Part shown: piece after piece, positions 36,201-49,167 of the stretch
Layout of the letters: every line of letters starts with the position of its first letter
How positions within the stretch are numbered: the first letter of the stretch is position 1
Assembly (NCBI GenBank): GCA_037447605.1
Contig: CM074804.1
Span: forward strand, 2,232,001 to 2,296,000
Direction of reading: 5' to 3'
Length of the DNA: 64,000 nt
Origin: Zygnema circumcarinatum SAG 698-1b
Taxonomy: Eukaryota > Plantae > Zygnematophyceae
The notes under the pieces: generated by a model
What the model was told of the DNA's origin: nothing
The model's database searches: none
What the model saw: the letters and a program-made list of their open reading frames with translations, nothing else
Translations under genes and position numbers: made by a program

Positions 36201-38389
36201 TGCTTGGTAAAATTCTGCATTGTCAAGTCGACTTCTCTCTACGCTTGGTGACGGTTCCAAATACGGTGATTGGACTATCTTCATTATAGCCAAGAAAATA
36301 GCCTTCCAGCGCGGTGAACTTACGATTACCTTACGCTTTTGGGGCCGTGATGATGAAACACTGAGCCCTTTTCCCCAGATCTTTCTTGGCGTTTGGCTTA
36401 GTGCCGTCCACACTTCTCTGGAACTCCTGTCCTTTGGCAGATGTGGGCACCTATTTCCGAATATAGAGGCTGCCGTCATGATACTTTCGACCAAAAAGTT
36501 AGCGGGAATGGCGACTCACTCAACATCGTTACTGCCATATGCCAGTACGTCTGTTCATCCTCTGACATCCGTTGCTGCGAGAGAATAGGGTGCAGTAATT
36601 TCGATGCTTATCAAAGAAGGGACTTGAGTAAGTCTCTGAGAGCGTGAGAGGTGTACTCCCACCATTGTGGAACCTAAGAGTCTTCAACTTCGATCGCAAT
36701 ATATATAAATGCGGTACCACTCTTTAAAACATCAAAACTGAAATTTCTGTGAAAGTAATTTACCCCATACTTTCCTTAGCTGATCATCAAAAAAGATAAT
36801 AACACCCCACCTTTACCTTAGGAGACAGGGCCACAAGTCATCTCTGCCAACTCTAATCTCTCACGAAAATTGTACCTCGCTCTCTTTGTCCAAGCGATTA
36901 AGCCTATGAGCTTTTCTGTGACACAGTTCTCGCAAACTCGGTGTCCTTCTCATGCGTCCTCAAGTCTAGTCCTCGACTAAGCTGCTCATCGCAAGGCTTG
37001 ATACCATATCAAAAGGTGTCTAGTACTAGCGGTGCAGCTGAACTGGGATCCTGCAAGCTGCATTGACCACCTCAGCAAACTTCCCTCCCCATTTTGAAAG
37101 TAAAGGCCGTGCTTTTTTGCATGCCTCTACAAAGGTCTTCCGGTATTCGTCAACTTCTTGCGCATGCCACTTTGTCAAACCACACCTTGCGGCCTTCCTG
37201 TGATCCTGACTCCGCGAAAAGAAGTATTACGCAGTCACAGGTGTCGCGGCGCATTCACGGAGTCAGCCACTGCCCTACACCCCCGTGAGTACCTCCAACT
37301 CGACGATCACTCCTTGAGTCACCTGAACTCCCATCTCCAGTGGCAGTGAAGCAGTGGCGCATCTTTGCAGCGCCTTTTCTCCCGCAGGTGACTCATCCAC
37401 GCACATATGCTTGGATGCTCCTGAATCAATCAGCCAAGGTCTCAAGCCTGAATCCTTCACGTGGATTCCATTGACAAATTCTGAATACTCGCCTTCAACA
37501 ATCATCAGATTCTTGTCAGTATTGCCGTCAGGACAGTTTGCCTTGAAGTGGCCAAACTTCCCACATTTGTAACAAGCTCCTTTGACCTTCTCCTTTGCAG
37601 CCGGCCTAGAAGGCCCCGCTCCACTGGCATCGTCCTTCTTCGGCTCCGTGCAATTGGTCCTCAGGTGTCCCAGCTTCCCACAATTGTAACAACTCAAGTT
37701 CTTCTTTGGGCCCGGGCCACCCTTGCCCGCCTTGGGTCTCCCATCTCCTTTGGGCTTATGCTGACTCCATCTGAGCGCCAGCACCTTGTCAGCTTCTCCC
37801 TTAGCCTCCTTCTCCTTCTGAGTCTCATCATCATCTTTCACCCTTCCCTTCAACTCGCTCACGGTTAGTTTTGTAACGGTGAGTAATGATTTAAGGGAAA
37901 CGACTGTTAGCTCAAATCTCTTCGGTAGACCCAACAGAAAGACACTGATCTGATGATCTTCGTCCAATGGCTTCCTAGCAATAGCAAACCTGTGCATCAA
38001 GCTATCGAACTTCTCCATATAATCAGTCAGTTCTTCATCTTCGGCCATTTTCAGCTTGCCTAGTTCTGAATATAAGTGGACAGCAGTTGTCTCAGACGGC
38101 CTATCATACACCTGCTGCAAACTTGTCCATATTTCAGCACTAGTTTCTAGTTCTTGCAACGGAACTGACCGTGCATCACTCACGGTTATGGCAAAGAGGG
38201 CCTGAGCTTTCCTGTCCTTTCGGAGCCACTCCTTGGCTTCTGCACCGGAGGTTGGTCTCTCCTCCGAGCCATCAACGACTCCAAAAAGGTCCTTGCTCAG
38301 CAGCACTTTCTTCATTCGCCACTTCCACGTCTTGTAGTTAGTGCCGGTAAACAACGGCACTCCAATCTTCTGACTGTCTTCACCTTCTG

Positions 38390-41300
38390 TGTAGCGAAAC
38401 GCTACAGTCACCCACGGGAGGTGTACTTAGGGCGCGCTCCGTCCTAGTACTCTCACCCCGGGCGCGGGCCGAGTGGCCAAGGCGTCGGGGACCACCTAGG
38501 ACCGGGAAGGGTCCTGGGATCGAACCTTGCGAAGGTTGCAAGGGTTCGATGCGGCGCGGTATACTGAGACATATATGTATCGCGTCGCCGATGTGGTCGA
38601 GGGATCACGGAATCCCGACCACATCTTCCTTACGTTTTGGAACGTAACCGTCGTCCGTACAATTACGGGTTACCGTTGGTACGGACGGACTGTCAGTCGG
38701 ACCCCGCGCCGCGCGCGTAGGATCCGACCGTGCACCGACGTACGGCGGCGCGCCGCGTCGCGGCGCGCGCCGCGGAATGCGGTGAGCGTTCGTACGTTGT
38801 ACACCTCTGACCCATTCGTGTCAGAGAGGGACACGTGGCAGTCTGCCATTGGACAGCCCTGCTTCCAATCCTCCATGCTGGTAGGAGGTTCAACGGGGGA
38901 AGCGTAAAGGGGCGAGGGTGACTGTCGTCACCCAACCAACGTACCGGCATACGGTTGCACGCCCATCCCGGGCTGCTCCCCACTCTGAAGCTCTCTCTCT
39001 CTCTCTGAATCCCTCTCTCCCTCTCGCTGAACTCGGAGTGCTGGTGTGTGATTCCGCGCAGACTGAAGAGGCGTTTTTCGGTTGTTACGGTAATTGCTCG
39101 GAAGCGCGGCGTTAGCGGCCTTCTCGCTGACGAGCACAGGGTCATGGTGACCACCGCGCCCGGGCGGAGGACCCGGGGAGCCCACCGGGGCGCCACCTCC
39201 ACCACACGGCTCCCGGGGCGGGTGATGGAGAGAACTTCGGGGCTGACGCGTCCACATGGAGGGGCCGGTCAGGAGCCTGAGATGACCAGGTCATCCGGTG
39301 GCCTAACCCACCACTCAGCGTCCGCCGGGCCGCTCCGGCGGGAATCCACCGATCCCATGATGGGGCCCACGCTCAGGTAGGCGGCGTCTCACGAATAAGA
39401 AGAAGAGGATAAAACTGAGCTGGGAGGCGGATGTAAAGGCGGCGGTAGCGTCGCCACCCGCAGCTTTATGCTGGCGGAGTGCTGGGCGACATGGAGCTCA
39501 CGGTCGCCGCTGGTGGACCGCTCCACATGGAGTTAGGGCACTGGGGCGAACTCAGGAGGAGGGGATGGGAAGGTATGCCCGAACCCCCTCGAACGTAGAG
39601 GCGGTGGATCGCGGCCAGGTCACAGGGGAAGGGTTAGGCAAACGCTCCCTCGGTAGCGTCGTATCCGGCCTTCCCAACCGGTTTGCCGAGCGCGGCGGGG
39701 TATCCAGTTGGCTTTTCACGAGTCCACCCAGCGGGAGTGGCGAACCACCCGGCGATGAGGACCCGTCGGCGAGCTGGCGCGGCGGGAGAAGATCGGTCCT
39801 GGGGCGCTCCTCCATAACCTACGAGGATACCCGGCAGGTCGGGCCAAGGTAAAGCCCCTCTTTCCTTTTTGGAAGAACATCATGCAATTTACTTTCGATT
39901 GGCGGTGGTTGGAGTCAAGCAGTACGCCGGCATTAAGCGTATCCCCCCTCCGGTGGGTAAGCTTTGCTTACCCGGCAACTCGAGAACGCATACGGTATTG
40001 TATGAGGGGCTCTCCCCGATGAATTGGGGGCGATTGGGATAAGTTGAGGAGATGAACTTATCAAGCGCAGCTAAGGACGCCCCGGATCAGGCGGAGGCCG
40101 GGATAAGTTTGAGAACGTGGTCCCGAGCCCGGCGGCGGCGTCGGCGGGTTTGCGGACTGCGACAAGTGTGGTGCCTCGGTCGCGCTCGCGAGCACAGACG
40201 GTGAGGTTCTTTCCCGCCGAGAATGGCGAAGCCACACGAGGCGACTCACGAACTAACCGGTTTCACGAAGCGGGTGGGACCCGTGACTTCACGGCGTACT
40301 TTGATCGCGGCCCGTTAGGTTGGACGCCCTGCGCGGGCGATGCGATTCACGACCCGGCGGAGGATGCGTGGAAGGCAGGACACCAGCTCACATAGCTGGC
40401 TGGGGAAAAGAATTTCTTGAGCTGGCGGCGAGGAAGTGGTACGCCGCCCTGCTCTGTGACATGAAGTTGACTCAGAGATGGAAGATCGTGGGAGAACAAA
40501 ATCTTTCATTCTAGCATGAGAACCTGAGCCGGAGTTGCCCTCTGAGCATGAGGCCGAGGGAAGGGCAAGGCGGGAAAACCCCAACTCCCGGCGGCTTAGG
40601 GGTGGATTCAGCGTGGACATCTTTAGGTTAGGGGAGGGGATGGAGCTGGCTGCCCGGTCACGGGGACATTTGTTTCTTAGAACACCGGGCGTTCTTAAAT
40701 TGGTGGGTAGGCGCTTTGAGATGCCGCGATCTCTTTGTGTGTGATCTTGACTCCACATTTTCCATTCCTCCTGCGTATGGTGGCTCCTTACGGGTTTATG
40801 GATGTAGTGATGAATGGTGCTTGGCGTGTCTTTATCCTCAATGTAAGTAGGCGATGATGTTCTCGTCTGATATTGCCATGGATGTTTTTCGTGGGAAACA
40901 CCTCGTATCCTTAGCATTGCGTAATGCTTTGGTTCCTCGGCACATGGCGATTCGCACCTTTCGCCAATTGGCGGTTGGTAACGATTGAGAACGCAGCGTT
41001 GGTGCGGAGATGGAAAGAGATCCGCTGGGGCACAGCACGAGGATTTAGGCTGCGCCTACTGGCGTGGTGTGGAGGGCGGCTGCGTCACCTCAACCGTATA
41101 GTGCCGTCTATATTTCCGCACCCGTATTTGCGCATGACCTTCGTCGAATTGACCCAGTAGCGCCCGGTTACTGCTAACTGAATCTTGCGGGAATCGCAGC
41201 TTTATTGGTCTGCGCGTTACTTGAAGGTTTAAGTTGACCCTTGAATCCACGTCCGGAGAAAGTGTTACTTTTCGAGGATGGGCCTTAAGAGGCAGAGATC

Positions 41301-44300
41301 TGCAGTAGCGTCAGCGCTCGAATCAACTCAATCTCTTTCCAGGCGGTCAAGTGTCTTCTACTTATGGCCCGGCCCCAGGTGATGATGTTATTTTTAGGGA
41401 GTCTTTGGTTAACCATGGTCAGCGCCCAATTGGACTTCTCCATCCCTTGCTAGGTTCTTAGCGGTGGTGATCGGTACGCTCAGCGGCTGCGCCTGATAAA
41501 CCACCATGCAGCGCTGGCGGGGATGTTCTCACTTATCTCCTGCCTTTCGACCGTACATTTGGCCAAAGCGGTAAAGGGGTTGCACCTTGTTTATATGGTG
41601 CGTAATGCGTGGCGACCGAGGGATGTGCATGGCGAAGGCCGAGAATGAGATCATCACGGATATTGCTGCGGCCGGGTTACCAGGATCCCGACCTTTGTTG
41701 GATGAATTCCGGGGATGTCTTCCACTGATGACCTTCAAAGAGGGGTTGCCCCATGAGAGGGGTGGGGCACTGAGAAATCCCTCTTGAGCTTTGAACAAAC
41801 GCCTTGGCGATCCTCGGTTAAGCGGCCAGAAGAATCTCTTGGCGGTTGGCTTGGCTCGTGACGGGGGGTGCGGATAGAAACGATCAAAGCCCCTTTGGGG
41901 CGCCCATCTTGACTGTTGGGAAGAAAGATGGCTGGATTGAGGATGTGCATTGATTGCTTATCGGCGCTGCTCAAGCAAGATGCACCGTAAAGAGCCGTTT
42001 TGCTTTACCGCGTATTGATGATACGTTGGATGCGTCTTCGCGGCGCCAAAGTGTTTACATCGCTTGATCTTGCCGAGGGGTATCGCCGGATCAGCGTTAC
42101 GAATTTGATGTGCCAAGCGTTCCGGGGCCAGATTGGTCATTTCAATATAAGGTGTTGCCCTTTGGATTGACTAATGCTCGGCTGACTTTCAGTTTGTGAT
42201 GAGCGAGAGATGTTCGCAGAGCGTGGATGAGAGTTTGTTTTTGGTTTTACCCCTCGATGATATCCTTGTCTTCAGTAAGACGGAGGAGGAACATCTTGAA
42301 CACGTTCGGAAAGTGTTTGAGACCCTGAGGAAACACCAGTTTTATGCCAAGAGGAAGAAGTGTCACTTCATGCAGCGCGAGTTGCTTTATCTTCGGCATA
42401 TTCTCAATGATCAGGGCCTTCGGCCTGACCCTGCCAAAGTTTCCGCGGTAGAAACTTGGGCACCACCGACTGACTTGCATTAGTTGAGGTCCTTTCAGGG
42501 CTTTGCGAATTATTTTCGTAAGTTCATCCAAGGGTTTAGTAAGTTGGTTACTCCCTTGACTAATTTGACACGTTCCGGTGTCCCCTTTACATGGACCCTT
42601 GAATGCCAGGATGCATTCGAAGGTGTGCGCCATGCACTTGTTACCGCACCCACTCTCCGTTTAGCGGACCCGTCCAAACCTTATGAAGTGGTTTGTGATG
42701 CTTCGGGATTCGCCTTGGGTGCCGTCTTGTTTCAAGATGGCCAACCTTTGGCGTATGAAAGCCGCAAAATGAATCCCGCTGAGCGCAACTATTCTGCAAC
42801 AGAACAGGAACTGCTTGCAGTGGTCCACGCCCTGAGGACATGGCGGTGCTATTTAGAGGCCCAGCGGTCCCGCGGCTGATCGCGACCACCGCCAGTGGCG
42901 TTCCTCTCAACTAACCGGACCCTGTCACAAGCGTGAGCCTGGCAGTGCGAGTTCCTCCAAAGGTTTGGCTTGCCGGTGGGTTTTATGAAGGAGGCGAATG
43001 TAGCAGAACCTTGAGTAAGCGGCCTGCGGCATCTTCTGCGGATGAGTGCGCTGCGTCGACTCGGTGTTGAACAGGCGAGATGGCTTGAGCGAGGCGGCCA
43101 ACCCAGTCTCGGTCTCGGTATGCTTTGTCATAGATCCCTCCACGGTGGCGAGTCAACCCTCACCTTTCTCTCGGTCTCGGGGCCGGATGATCGGGAGGGG
43201 TATCTTTGGTGATCCTTTGGTGGATGGCCAGGTAATGGCTATAGGGACAAAGAGTGGTGTCTAAGGGCGGATGCGGTGCCCGCACGGCCAGCGTTGGTGG
43301 AGTACTTGAGCCCCGAGCTGTCGCGGCTGACTCGTGCGGGTGGCTACATGATCCCTCCGTACGAGGTCACATAGGAGTTGCAAAACTTGCATTGAGAGCC
43401 TTGCTCAGGAGTTACGGTGGCACGAGACTCGAGGGATGTGGCGTATGTACTACGCTTGTCAACTTGTCAGCCAGAAACAAACCCCTTGTGGCGGGATCCA
43501 CTGGCAGTGCGTCCCTACATACCTCCTTACCCCGGGAAGGATAGTGTGGGTATGGACTTCGATCCGCAGTCTTCTGTGTGACACCCCACCGAGGGGCATG
43601 ACTCCATCCCCTCGTCTTTGTGACCCGAGAAACCGGCAAGATGGTGCAATTTGCACCAGCTACTACGAACCGTTGGGGCGGCGAAGTTGCGGTTGTATGT
43701 TGACAAAGTGTGGAGCGGCATGGTCTTGATCGGTATTATTAGAGCCGTGATCCACGATTCTACCCGGCCATTTTGGGCGGAAGTGCTCAAAATCGTTGGG
43801 ACCCAGCGGCGTTGATGCAACTTCACCCGCAAACCGATGGCGGGCGAGGCGGGTGAGCGGATCTGGAGGATTACCTCACGTTATGTGGGACTACCCGGTT
43901 CTGGGTGGGGCGAAGCTGCTCCCGATGGAGTATGCCATCAATAATGCTTTCCAGGAGTCCAGTGGTACCACCCCTTTCTTCTTGAACTTTGGCCAGCATC
44001 CCCTAAATCCCCTGCAACCAAGGGATCAGCCCCCTGATCCGTGGAACATGGGCGTCCACAGAATCCCCGATCCTTGGAAGCTGAGAGGGACCGATGGGAC
44101 TCAACACTCCCTTGATCGAGATCTTTTGTCGGCTAATGTGCGAGAGAACACGGCCCGGACCACCTTCCAAGCGGCCCAGTCGCGACAAAAGGCCTATCTT
44201 CGGCAGATGCAGGTACTTAACTCACCTTCCAGCGGCGATGAGGTGTTGTTGATGCGGCCGACGAGACTCAAAACATGGCGGGCTGCGTAATTTGTGGCCC

Positions 44301-47300
44301 TTCATCCGGACCTTTTCGGGGTCGTGAAGCCCGAATCAATGACTCTTAAACTACGAGGTTGGATTTACCATCCCACGTGAAGGTGCATCCGGTCTTTCAT
44401 GTGGGCTTCTTTAAAGTGCACGTAGCGATGGGAGGATCCATTTTACTCCACCGATTAGACTTGGGGTGAACTTAGTGTTATGATTGAAACGTTCAAGCCC
44501 CACCGTCTTTAATGAAAATTCGTCTTCCGTCCGCATTTTCGTGTGAAATGGTTGAGTATGGGGTTGAACATAGCACATGTGGGAGGCGAGGGCAACTTAA
44601 CCAATTGCCGAGAGGGGAGCTCATCAACTTATGCTTTGGGGAGGCCGGCGGGAAGCGGCGAGGCGGCCTGCGAGGGGTTCTGCGCCCGTCCGCTTCGAGG
44701 AAAAGGGACTTGACCGGGATTGTCGTGAGCCCTCGGGTTATCCGTGGGGATTCGGCGATCGCAGATTGAAACTTCTGGTACCTTTACTTACCCTTTGCGG
44801 GCGAGGCGTTACATCCTCCTGCGGGGGTAATGTAGCCCCAGCCTTCACCTCTGCAAGGAGGTATGCTTGAGGCGCTCCGTCCCTGGCACTCTCACCCGGT
44901 ACGCCCGAGGCCGAGTAGCCAAGGCGTGAGGCCAGGACGGGGAAGGGTCACGGGATTGCGAGGAGCAACTGCGAGGTTGCAGGGTTCGATCGCACGGCCT
45001 TGACATCGCGAGACATGCTCATTATGTCGCCCGATGTAGTCGAGGATCATGGAATCCCGACCACATCTTCATACGTTACAGGCGTAACCGTCGTCCGTAC
45101 AATTACGGTTCACAGAATTTGAGACCAGTTCAGGTGGACCCAGCGCGGCAGCGCCAGGATCGGCTGCGTGCACGGCGAAATGCAGCGTCGGCGTCCTTGG
45201 CGGCGCGCCCGAATCGGCAGCGAGCATTGTACGTTGGCACACCTCGACCCATTGAGTCGAGGAGAGGGACCGTGTGATGCATTTGGGCGACCACTGCTTC
45301 CAATCCTCCATCTTTGGTAGGAGGTTCAGCGAGTAAAGGCGAGGGTATTTGTCGTCACCCAACCTTGTCGGCATACGGTTGCCGCCCATCGGTTTGCTCC
45401 CCACTCTGGCTCCCTCTCTCTCACGAGATCCCTCTGGATTCAGAACTGTTTTCTTGAGTCTTTGGTTGAGTCACAATTCAGCCTTGTTGAAGAAGCGTTT
45501 TCGGGTTGTTACATTACACGCCGGTCCGGCGCTCGATACCACTTGTTGAAGCTTGATTTTGACCTATTTGGAGGATGCCTCCCGGTGGACATCTCTCTCC
45601 CGCCCTAGAACTAGGAGAGCGCCACCTTTCGCGGAAAGCACAAGATCTCTCCACTCACAAAGCTTAAAAACGTGGCCCACAGCANNNNNNNNNNNNNNNN
45701 NNNNNNNNNNNNNNNNNNNNNNNNNNNNNNNNNNNNNNNNNNNNNNNNNNNNNNNNNNNNNNNNNNNNNNNNNNNNNNNNNNNNTTGGTCATTTCCAATA
45801 TAAGGTGTTGCCCTTTGGCTTGACTAATGCTCCGGCGACTTTCCAGGCTGTGATGAACGAGATGTTCATAGGCATGGATGAGTTTGTTTTGGTTTACCTC
45901 GATGATATCCTTGTCTTCAGTAAGACGGAGGAGGAACATCTTGAACACGTTCGGAAAGTGTTTGAGACCCTGAGGAAACACCAGTTTTATGCCAAGAGGA
46001 AAAAGTGTCACTTCATGCAACGTGAGTTGCTCTATCTTGGGCATATCTTGAATGATCAAGGTCTTCAACCTGATCCTGCCAAAGTTTCCGCGGTATAAAC
46101 GTGGGCACCACCGACTGACTTGCATCAGTTGAGGTCCTTTCTGGGCTTTGCGAATTATTTTCGTGAGTTCATCCAAGGGTTTAGTAAACTCGTCACCCCC
46201 TTGACTAATTTGACACGCTCCGTGTCCCCTTTATTGACCCCAATGCCGTGATGCATTCAGCGTGTGCGCCATGCACTTGTGCCACGCACTCCACTCTCCT
46301 CGCTTAGCGGACCCGGCCCAAGCCTTGCGAAGTGGTTTGTGATGCTTCGATTCGCCTTTGGGTGCCGCCTTGTTTCAAGATGGCCAACCTTAGCTGCATG
46401 AAAGCCGCGAAATGAATCCCGGCCGAAGCGCAACTATTCGCGAATGTAACAGAATCGCTGCGGTCCACGCTCGGTGACATGGCGTAAAAGTATTTAGAGG
46501 GGGCGAAGCGTCACGCCGTCACTCCATCAACGCTCTCACGACGCTCTTCCAACCCGCACCGCACTTCGTTTGTGGGCGCGTGCACGCCGTCTGAGTTCCA
46601 AAGGTTTGATCACAAGGTTTATCGCCCTAAGGCCGAATGTAGCAGACCCACGAGTAGGCAGCCTCGATCTTGCCTCGATGGTGCGCCGTCACTCGAAAGT
46701 AAGCAGGAACGAGATGACAGAGGCTAGGGCCGGGCCAACCCTCGAAGTCTCCGCCTCCAAGATGCTTTGTCATAGATCCCTCCATCAGCTGACGCTAGCT
46801 CAACCTCCTCGCTTCTCTCATCTCACAGATGATCCAGAGGGGTATACCGCGATCCTTGTTCCCGATGGCCAAGGTAATGGCTATGTGACAAAGTGGTGTC
46901 TAAGGACGATTCTCGTACTAATGCCAGCAGCTTGGTCGCGCCTGGGCGTCGGGATCAGACGCAGCTCATTCTGGTGAGCTATGATCCTCCGCATCGCAGG
47001 TCACATGGGAGTTGCCAAACCCGCGGAGTAGTAATCGCCAAGCCCGAGTTCCGTGGCCTCGACTCGAGGGATGTGAAAGCCGCATACCGCTGTCCAACTT
47101 GTCAACTAAACAAACCCCCGCGACCGCAGGATCCCTCGCCACCGCATCCCTCACACCTCCTTTCTAAAATGATAGTGTGGGTACGGACTTGATCACAGAT
47201 CTTCCCGTGGACTCGGCATGACTCATCCTCGCTTTGTCGCATCGGGTTTTCGTAAAGAAGATGGTGCAATTTGCACCAACTACTAAGACCGCTGGGGCCG

Positions 47301-49167
47301 TAATTTGTGATTTGCACGGTTGTAAGGCTGATTAAAGTGTGGAGCCAAAGATGGTCTTCGGCCAAAATTGTGTCCGACCGCGATCCACGACATTCACCGC
47401 CATTTTTGGACGAAGTGCTCAAAAATCGCTGGGGACCTGGGCAGCGCTGAGTACAAAATTTTCCACCGCGAAACCGATGGCCGTGACGAACGGGTACCAG
47501 ATCCTGAGATTACCTCCAGATATGGACCTACCCGGATGGGTGGGACGAACTGCCCCAAAGGGCTGAGTATGCCATCAATAATGCTTTCCAGAGTCCATCG
47601 GGTACCACCCCTTCTTCTTGAACTTGGGCCAAGATCCTCTAAATCCCCAGAACCATGGATTGCCCCGATCCGGTGGAACATGGGCGCCCACGTAACCCCC
47701 ATCCTTGAAGGCCGAAAGAGGGACCGGGATGGGACTCAACCTCCTCAAGAGTCAGATCTTTTGTCCGCTAATGTCCGAGGCGCCGCAGAGGGCACGGCAG
47801 ACTCGCGAAGCGCCCGCCGCTGGCTAAAAGTGCCGAGCCACCGCCATCAGACTCCAACCTACCTTCAACGGCGGCGAGGTAAGCTGCTGGCACGGGCGGT
47901 AATCCTGAGACTCCAAAGCTTATGGCGAAACATGCAGCTGTGGCCCCGCTCATCGACCTTTCAGGTCGTGTGAAGTTTAATCAACATGCCGCTATTGTGC
48001 TGATTTACTCATCCCACGGAAGGTGCATCCGTCTTTTCATGTGGGCTTGCTAAAGGTCTACCGTAGCGATGGGAGGATCCAGCCACCTCCCCCACCAGTG
48101 GAGCTTGAGGGTGAACTTGAGTATGAAGTTGAAACCATTCAAGCCCACCGTCTTGTGAGAAAGGGTCGATCTTCCCGTCACGAATACCTCGTGAAATGGT
48201 TGGGCTATGGGGTTGAACATAGCACATGGGAAGCCGAGGGCAACTTAACCAATTGCCAGGAGCTCATCAACTTGTACTGGGAGGCGCAGGCCGCAGGAGA
48301 GCGGGCGAGGGCGGCACGGGGGGTTCCTGAGCCGTCCCCGCGCAACTCGGAAAGGGACTTGACCGGGATTATCGCTGAGCCCTCCCGGTTATCACGTAGA
48401 GTTCGACGCGTGCCGTTGAAACTACGAGCTGCCTTTACTACCTTCCGCACGCGGAACGTAGGGCGTCACATCCTCATTGTGGGGAGTAATGTACAAACGC
48501 CACAGCCACCCACGGAGGTGTACCGAGGGCGCTGGCCCGCCTCTATACTTACTCCCGGCGGCCGAAAAGGCCAAGGCGCCGGGACCACTCGACCGAAGGT
48601 CTCGATCGAACCTTGGCGGCGGTTGTATGGGTTCTGGCGCGGCGCGGTATACCGGTGACATATACGATCACAAGCCATGTGGTCGAGGGATCGCGGAATC
48701 TCACTCACATCTTCCTTTACGCTTTGGGACGAACCGCCGTCCGCATAATTACGGGTTACCGCGAAATGGACGGACCGCTACTGACTCCGGCCACAAGGCC
48801 AGAGGATCCGACCGCACCGACAGACGGCCGCGCCGTCGCCAGCGGGCGCTACCGCTGAATGCGGCGTAGCATTCAGAGCCGTTAGGCCACCGACCCATTC
48901 GAAGTCGAGATTACCGCAGGCTCACATTGGACGTTTCGCCTGAATCCCATGCCGGGTAGGAGGTTCAACGGGGGAAGCGTAAAGGGGCGAGGGTGACTGT
49001 CGTCACCCAACCAACATACCGGCATACGGTTGCACGCCCATCCCGGGCTGCTCCCCACTCTGAAGCTCCCTCTCTCTCTGAATCCCTCTCGTTCTGAACT
49101 CTGTTTTGCTGAGTGCTGGTTGAGTGCAATTCCGCGCAGACTGAAGAGGCGTTTTTCAGTTGTTACA
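38390..49167 (+). mobile_element. Ty3/Gypsy chromovirus, nested at the start of the Copia C gag
   Basis: TSD TTCTG (38385-38389, 49168-49172). LTRs at 38390-~39089 and 48490-49167. RT (LPFGLTNAPATFQ, YLDD), RNase H (CDASGFALGAVL, YESRK), integrase, and a chromodomain (EYEVETIQAHR...EYLVKWLGYGVEHSTWE) at about 48110-48285. Confidence 0.9.
45685..45784. other. Assembly gap (100 N) flanked by overlapping duplicate sequence
   Basis: 42133-45684 is repeated at 45785-~49329. Confidence 0.9.

Noticed and set aside
38385-38411. Start of the 378-aa gag ORF (MTVAFRYT)
   Set aside because: These codons come from the inserted Gypsy LTR; the true gag start lies near 49173-49180, beyond the insertion.
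44831-45513. A genuine third LTR or tandem Gypsy
   Set aside because: Explained by contig overlap across the 100-N gap.
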